Assembly (NCBI GenBank): GCA_010015805.1
Contig: ML978122.1
Location: 186,001-250,000, forward strand
Direction: 5' to 3'
Length of the DNA stretch: 64,000 bases
Source: Rhizodiscina lignyota
Taxonomy: Eukaryota
Shown: positions 59,274-64,000 of the stretch, in pieces
Numbering within the stretch: position 1 is the stretch's first letter
How the letters are laid out: the number at the start of each line of letters is the position of its first letter
Translations under genes and position numbers: made by a program
Notes under the pieces: generated by a model
Told to the model about the DNA's origin: nothing
Databases searched by the model: none
The model's input: only the letters and a program-made list of their open reading frames with translations

Positions 59274-59909
59274 GGAACGGTCTCGGCAGTGTACAAACTC
59301 AATGCAGTCATGAACCTTCCCCTGGCGAACGGCGGCTTACGAGCAATCAAACTCGTCGAAAGCCACCGCCCTCGCTCCTTGTGCGACCGCTGGTTGGATG
59401 TCTCCAGTACCATGTATTCCAGACCTCGCAGATCCACGGCCTTGGGATTGATGTTGTGATAAGGAAGCTCATGCACGCACGTATGGGGAAAGGGTTCGAA
59501 CTGACTCGACCATCCAGCTCGGAAGCATGGGACCGCTAGGCCGCGCGGAAGCCATGAGAGGCGCGGACCAATTATGATAGAGCACCATGCATCGGGGACG
59601 GCGGCGCGGAAGATCACTGGCTCGCACGGCCCCAAAAGTGGAGGGGGGTAGCTTTTCCGCTAGATTAAAATTTTAACCTTTGAACCGGGGCGGATGGACA
59701 GCTAGCTCCCGTGCATAGCATGCAGCGAATAAGATCGACAATGCCCTGGTATGGCGGATCTCCATCCACGACATGGCTAGCTAGTAGATACTTGGCCGTT
59801 CCTGCTCCTTCCGCTTTATCTCGCTCACCAGAGCTGCGACGATTTTCATCCCTTCTGTTAGGTATTGGGGGTTCTACGGCCAGAAGAAGGACCAAGCTCT
59901 ACCTTCGCG

Positions 59910-60629
59910 ATGGCAACAGAGCACGACACAGAGAAGGAGATGTGGGATGATCTCAACATTGACTACGAAGTAGCATACCAACGCAATCCTCTCAAAATCG
60001 CATGTGTGGAAAAGGCGATTTCTCTGCTCCAATCCGGCTCACGGGTGCTTGATGTGGGCTGCGGCACCGGCATACCGGTCTCACAGATGCTTGCGGACGC
60101 CGGTATGGAGGTCAGTGGCTGTGATGTCGCGCCCAATATGGTAGAGCTTGCTCAAAAAAGAATTGCGGGAAGCTTCGTTACGGCAAACATGATCGAATTT
60201 CAGCCTCAGGGAGAATTCGCCGCCATCTTCATCATCTACTCCCAGCTCGGTCTTCGCTACTCGGAGTTTCACGCTGCCGCGTTCAAGCTTGCGAAGGCGC
60301 TGCAACCTGGAGGATTGCTAGTAATTGGCCAGTCACCGAGCGATGAAAAGGTCCCAGAAAACGACCCTGCGTTTGATGAAACAAGGACCTACGCCGACAA
60401 CTTCAATCTTCCGTTCTGGGGCAAGCCGTTCTACACCTTGCTGTTCAGTCGGCAAGGACAGCTTGATTTCCTGCGCTCGATGGGATTGGAAACTGTGTAC
60501 GACAACGTAGACTGGTTCAAGCCGGACCACCCGAAATGCGATGCGGAGCATCAGCAATATGTAATTGCTCGCTGGTCGGGTGATAGGCCATTGTCGGAAC
60601 CGAAGCCTCTGCCAAAGGCGATGGAATGA
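59910..60629 (+). CDS. Class I SAM-dependent methyltransferase
   Basis: VLDVGCGTG motif I, GCDVAPNMVELA, LQPGGLLVI; first ATG at 59910. Confidence 0.92.
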   Translation: MATEHDTEKEMWDDLNIDYEVAYQRNPLKIACVEKAISLLQSGSRVLDVGCGTGIPVSQMLADAGMEVSGCDVAPNMVELAQKRIAGSFVTANMIEFQPQGEFAAIFIIYSQLGLRYSEFHAAAFKLAKALQPGGLLVIGQSPSDEKVPENDPAFDETRTYADNFNLPFWGKPFYTLLFSRQGQLDFLRSMGLETVYDNVDWFKPDHPKCDAEHQQYVIARWSGDRPLSEPKPLPKAME

Positions 60630-61192
60630 TTGGATTTCCTTTCTTTTGGATGTTGTATCTTGGGCGTGCTTCATCGCCTCGTGGTCCAATTCCTTGGGTT
60701 CGTTTAGATAAATTTTCAAGGCTGAAGAACGCAGCGATCATTGTATTGCTTGTGAAGCACTAAACATCAGCAAGTAGAATGCAGAAGATATGACTGGGAA
60801 TCGCCGTGCAGCAGATCAATGGCGCACAAGAGTCTGTCGATAGTGTGTGTACAGATGACCGAGTAATTCAATACTAACTTATATCCAAGTTAAAGGTCTG
60901 TACACAAGAAGATTCTGACTTAATGAAGCCCACGGCGGGAAGCCCGTCAGATGTCTGTAGGAGAGCCCAGAATCGAGGTACCTAGAACGATTGACCAGAC
61001 CCGGGCGCAAGGTTCCGAGTGACACTGGTGTTGCAATCGACACGGCGTTGGACGGACACCGCGGACGAGCATCCTCGAAGCTGCCAAGCCGACGGCTGAG
61101 AGGCTAGACTCCTAGAGCAAGCTTGAAGCTCTTCAGGGGCAGGTACGTCGGCTTGGCACTGTTGCATGACCAACTCAACCTATCTCCCTCAT

Positions 61193-63364
61193 TCAACCGC
61201 CACCAAAGTCTCCAAACCAGATACTATCATCTGGTCCTTTGCCGCTCGTGACATTCTTTTTACTGCACATGTCGCGCATTTCTTGGGGCACTTCCCACTT
61301 CTCCATCTCATCTGTCCTAACCGCGAACTGCATTAGCAAACCTGCTTCTGCGTGCCACGTGATGTGGCAATGGAACGCCCAAACACCAGCATTATCAGCT
61401 ACAAATCTCAGCAGAGCCCAGCCGAAGCCATTCACTGTCGCAGTATCGCGATATAATGGGTTCTTCAGATTTACTCCTGTCGCAGTGCCCGCATCCACAG
61501 CGCCGGTACTGGGAAAGGATGACGCTGCTCCATAGTTTAGATTTGAGACATGGTTAGGTGGATAACCCTTGCCCGAAGCCAGGATCCAGAATTTGTGGCC
61601 GTGTAGATGAAACGGGTGTGCGCCGTCATCGAAATTGGAGATAAGGATGTCAATGGTCTGGATGCCTTTGGTCTGATAAACCAACTCGGTCTTGGTATGG
61701 AAGGCGTGGGAATTGATGCCTGCATTGAGAGCTCCTGGTGATGATGACAGCGCGGGGGTGTCACGACCAGAGGGGGGAAGAGAGGGAGGTCGAAAACTGC
61801 CAAATGGATTCACAAAGGAGATATTATGATCGCGAATGCCATCGACGAAGCGGTTTAGAGATGGTGAGGTGACGGGAGCGCGCCAGCTGGAGGTGTTGAA
61901 GAAGCCACGACTAAGCCGCCAAGCGCCGATTTCGAAGTTCGAGCGGAAGTAGAGTTGCTGATCTGCTTTGGCCGGAGGGGGAATCGGAATCACAGGCTCA
62001 AGCTCTGTCGTATTAAGGTCGTGACATTGAAGTTCAACGATATCAGGCCAATCGCGGCTTTTTGGGGTAGGCGGAGGGGAGTCCAGGGCGGTGCTAGAAT
62101 TAGTATAGCGGACAACTGCACGGATTTCAGGAGAAAGTTCCTTGTTGCCTTGTTTAAAACACCCTGTTACCATCCGTGCCCTGAGCCAGTAAGATTCTTG
62201 ATCCGTGTGGTTGGTGGAGATGACAATGCTGTAGCGCTGCGCAGGCAGGATGAGCAGACGGTGATAGAATTTTGGGATAAGATCTGTGCCATCCGCTTCC
62301 GTCACAGCAAACTCGTGCTCGTCTAGTTGGACTTGAAACTCTGCAAAAGCACCAGTGTTGATGAATCGTAACCGATGACTCTGACCAGCTTCGAGGTCTA
62401 GACGTGGCATCTCTACTCCAGCGGTGGAATTGTCACATTTTCGGTTCGGCAGATCATCGCAATTCCTTATGCCTTGACCGTTAATCAGAGCCGACCCTGG
62501 GATAGGCTCTTTATTCTCACGATCGGGCTGGAGATATTGGTACAAGAGATCACCGGATAGATCGTAGTAATGATCGCTGACCATTACGATACGGTCGGTG
62601 GCATATTGGATCTTCTGTAATTTCCGCTCGTCTTTCGAATGGACGACGAGAGGGCCATAAACGCCGTCGGATGACTGTGCAGCATGATGTGCGTGATACC
62701 AATATGTCCCGGATTGGCCGTCAACTTTGAACTTGTACGTAAACTGGGTCCCGGGTGCGATGGGACACTGTGTAACACCGACGGTGCCATCCATGAAGTT
62801 GCTGCCATTCTGGTACATTCCATGCCAATGAATTGAAGTTGAATTGACTGCTTGATTGTCGATATGCACGACAATGGTGTCGCCTTCGTTTACTTCGACC
62901 AACGGACCTGGAAACTGCTCGTTGATGATGATCATGGGCCGATAGACACCATCCGGGTTCCTCTCTTGGTCCCTAATTGTCCAAGAATATTCTCTCGTCT
63001 GCGATGGGGCATCGAAGTCCCAGTTCATATCGAGAAGGTAGCCATCGTTTGACGTGTCGCTCTCAGATGCAGTCGGAGTTGCCAGCTTTGTAGCATGACG
63101 AGAAAATGCGGAATATGCTGCGGCGAAGGACAGTACTGAGAATATGACCAGCAGAGCCAAAGATACGACAAACTTAAGGGAGAACCAGGAATCTTTGTAT
63201 CGCGAGAACGAATCGTCGAGGAGAAGCTGCTTTGGTGTGGACTTCAGCGGACTGGCATCGCGGGAAGCCGCCACGACGGTCTCCTCGTCGCCATCATCGC
63301 TGCTGTTCAACAGATGCTGTGCAGCTTCCACGTCTTCGGCCTCGTTCCTCGCATTTTCGTGCAT
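61193..63364 (-). CDS. Multicopper oxidase (AA1, laccase-like) with N-terminal membrane anchor
   Basis: All four Cu motifs: HWHG, WYHAH, HPFHLHGH, HCHITWHAEAGL (axial Leu); hydrophobic segment FVVSLALLVIFSVLSFAAAY after an acidic N-terminal tail. Confidence 0.95.
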   Translation of the reverse strand: MHENARNEAEDVEAAQHLLNSSDDGDEETVVAASRDASPLKSTPKQLLLDDSFSRYKDSWFSLKFVVSLALLVIFSVLSFAAAYSAFSRHATKLATPTASESDTSNDGYLLDMNWDFDAPSQTREYSWTIRDQERNPDGVYRPMIIINEQFPGPLVEVNEGDTIVVHIDNQAVNSTSIHWHGMYQNGSNFMDGTVGVTQCPIAPGTQFTYKFKVDGQSGTYWYHAHHAAQSSDGVYGPLVVHSKDERKLQKIQYATDRIVMVSDHYYDLSGDLLYQYLQPDRENKEPIPGSALINGQGIRNCDDLPNRKCDNSTAGVEMPRLDLEAGQSHRLRFINTGAFAEFQVQLDEHEFAVTEADGTDLIPKFYHRLLILPAQRYSIVISTNHTDQESYWLRARMVTGCFKQGNKELSPEIRAVVRYTNSSTALDSPPPTPKSRDWPDIVELQCHDLNTTELEPVIPIPPPAKADQQLYFRSNFEIGAWRLSRGFFNTSSWRAPVTSPSLNRFVDGIRDHNISFVNPFGSFRPPSLPPSGRDTPALSSSPGALNAGINSHAFHTKTELVYQTKGIQTIDILISNFDDGAHPFHLHGHKFWILASGKGYPPNHVSNLNYGAASSFPSTGAVDAGTATGVNLKNPLYRDTATVNGFGWALLRFVADNAGVWAFHCHITWHAEAGLLMQFAVRTDEMEKWEVPQEMRDMCSKKNVTSGKGPDDSIWFGDFGGG

Positions 63365-64000
63365 TTCGCAGCGAACGAAGCGGGTGTCAAGTCATCCGAA
63401 GGGAGGAGACGTTGTCAGTGTAAAGTTTGGACGAGTTTTAGCTCTCAGCCGTATCCGATCTAGATCTGGTATGCAGAGGCCCCAGCTCAGACGGAAACTA
63501 CTGCGTAATGTGTCCCCCGCGGGTACAGGCCACCGTTCGACAAATGGCCGTTTATCTAATTCACATTACACACGACATTTCCTGAGCAGGGTTTGGTCCG
63601 CGTTTTCCGGCACGTCATGGCGTTGGTGCACCTTTGCAGTGCGAGGCAGGCCAGTGGGTGGGTCTGAGGCTGAAAGGGCAAAACCTCTCTACCAAGCGTT
63701 CGCCTGATTAGAGTTCCGCTTGTCAGACCTTAACGAGACGTACACTTCCTCCTTTAGGTTTAAGCTCGACTCGAGAACAGGCGGAAATGACAAATATACT
63801 ACAACGTCATACTGTAAAGGCGGACTGTGTATTGATTCCAATGCACAGCAGGGGCCGGCGAGCGTGGGATTGGCGGCGATGCGCGTAAAGTACAGCGCTC
63901 GGGCGCCGTGTACCTGCGCCGCTCTCCTACAGCACGCGCCAATTAAATAGGCCCTCGTCGCCCATGTGCTCTCCAGCCTCCTCAACTTCTGCTCGCCGAC

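Noticed and set aside
61193..63364. Calling the multicopper oxidase Fet3
   Set aside because: Membrane anchor is N-terminal rather than C-terminal, and no Ftr1 permease is adjacent in the window.
1..64000. tRNA, rRNA, CRISPR arrays, intact transposons, telomeric repeats
   Set aside because: No cloverleaf, repeat-spacer array, transposase/RT motifs, LTR/TIR pairs or TTAGGG arrays seen by eye; small ncRNAs cannot be excluded without Infernal.

Overview
Intron-containing, gene-dense DNA from a filamentous ascomycete (Pezizomycotina; short GT-AG introns with CTAAC/CTGAC branch points). About 28 protein-coding genes can be reconstructed. In order: DUF1996-WSC protein (5'-truncated), sugar porter, A1 aspartic protease, NAD kinase, DUF427 protein, M18 aminopeptidase, CNOT11-like protein, Pmp3, NMT1, Urb1/Npa1, chorismate mutase, Mdv1, DUF2293 protein, LYR-like protein, CCDC25/Jlp2, Mzt1, TRAX, Nmd4-like PIN protein, NEDD1-like WD40/coiled-coil protein, Nbs1, Irc21-like cytochrome b5, two hypotheticals flanking a PIR-like wall protein, then a terminal block of PLP aminotransferase, amino-acid permease, SAM methyltransferase and multicopper oxidase. 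No tRNA, rRNA, CRISPR array or intact transposon was seen; several spacers look like decayed coding sequence. Main leads: (1) a candidate NEDD1/GCP-WD ortholog with a D-box and CDK sites, 4 kb from MZT1, in a lineage where NEDD1 is usually described as missing; (2) an Nmd4-like NMD factor preceded by uORFs, in a cluster of RNA-surveillance genes; (3) a CNOT11-like gene; (4) a possible backbone-less amino-acid modification cluster. All family calls come from recalled motifs, with no database searches. Gene coordinates span start to stop and include introns; splice sites were inferred by eye.
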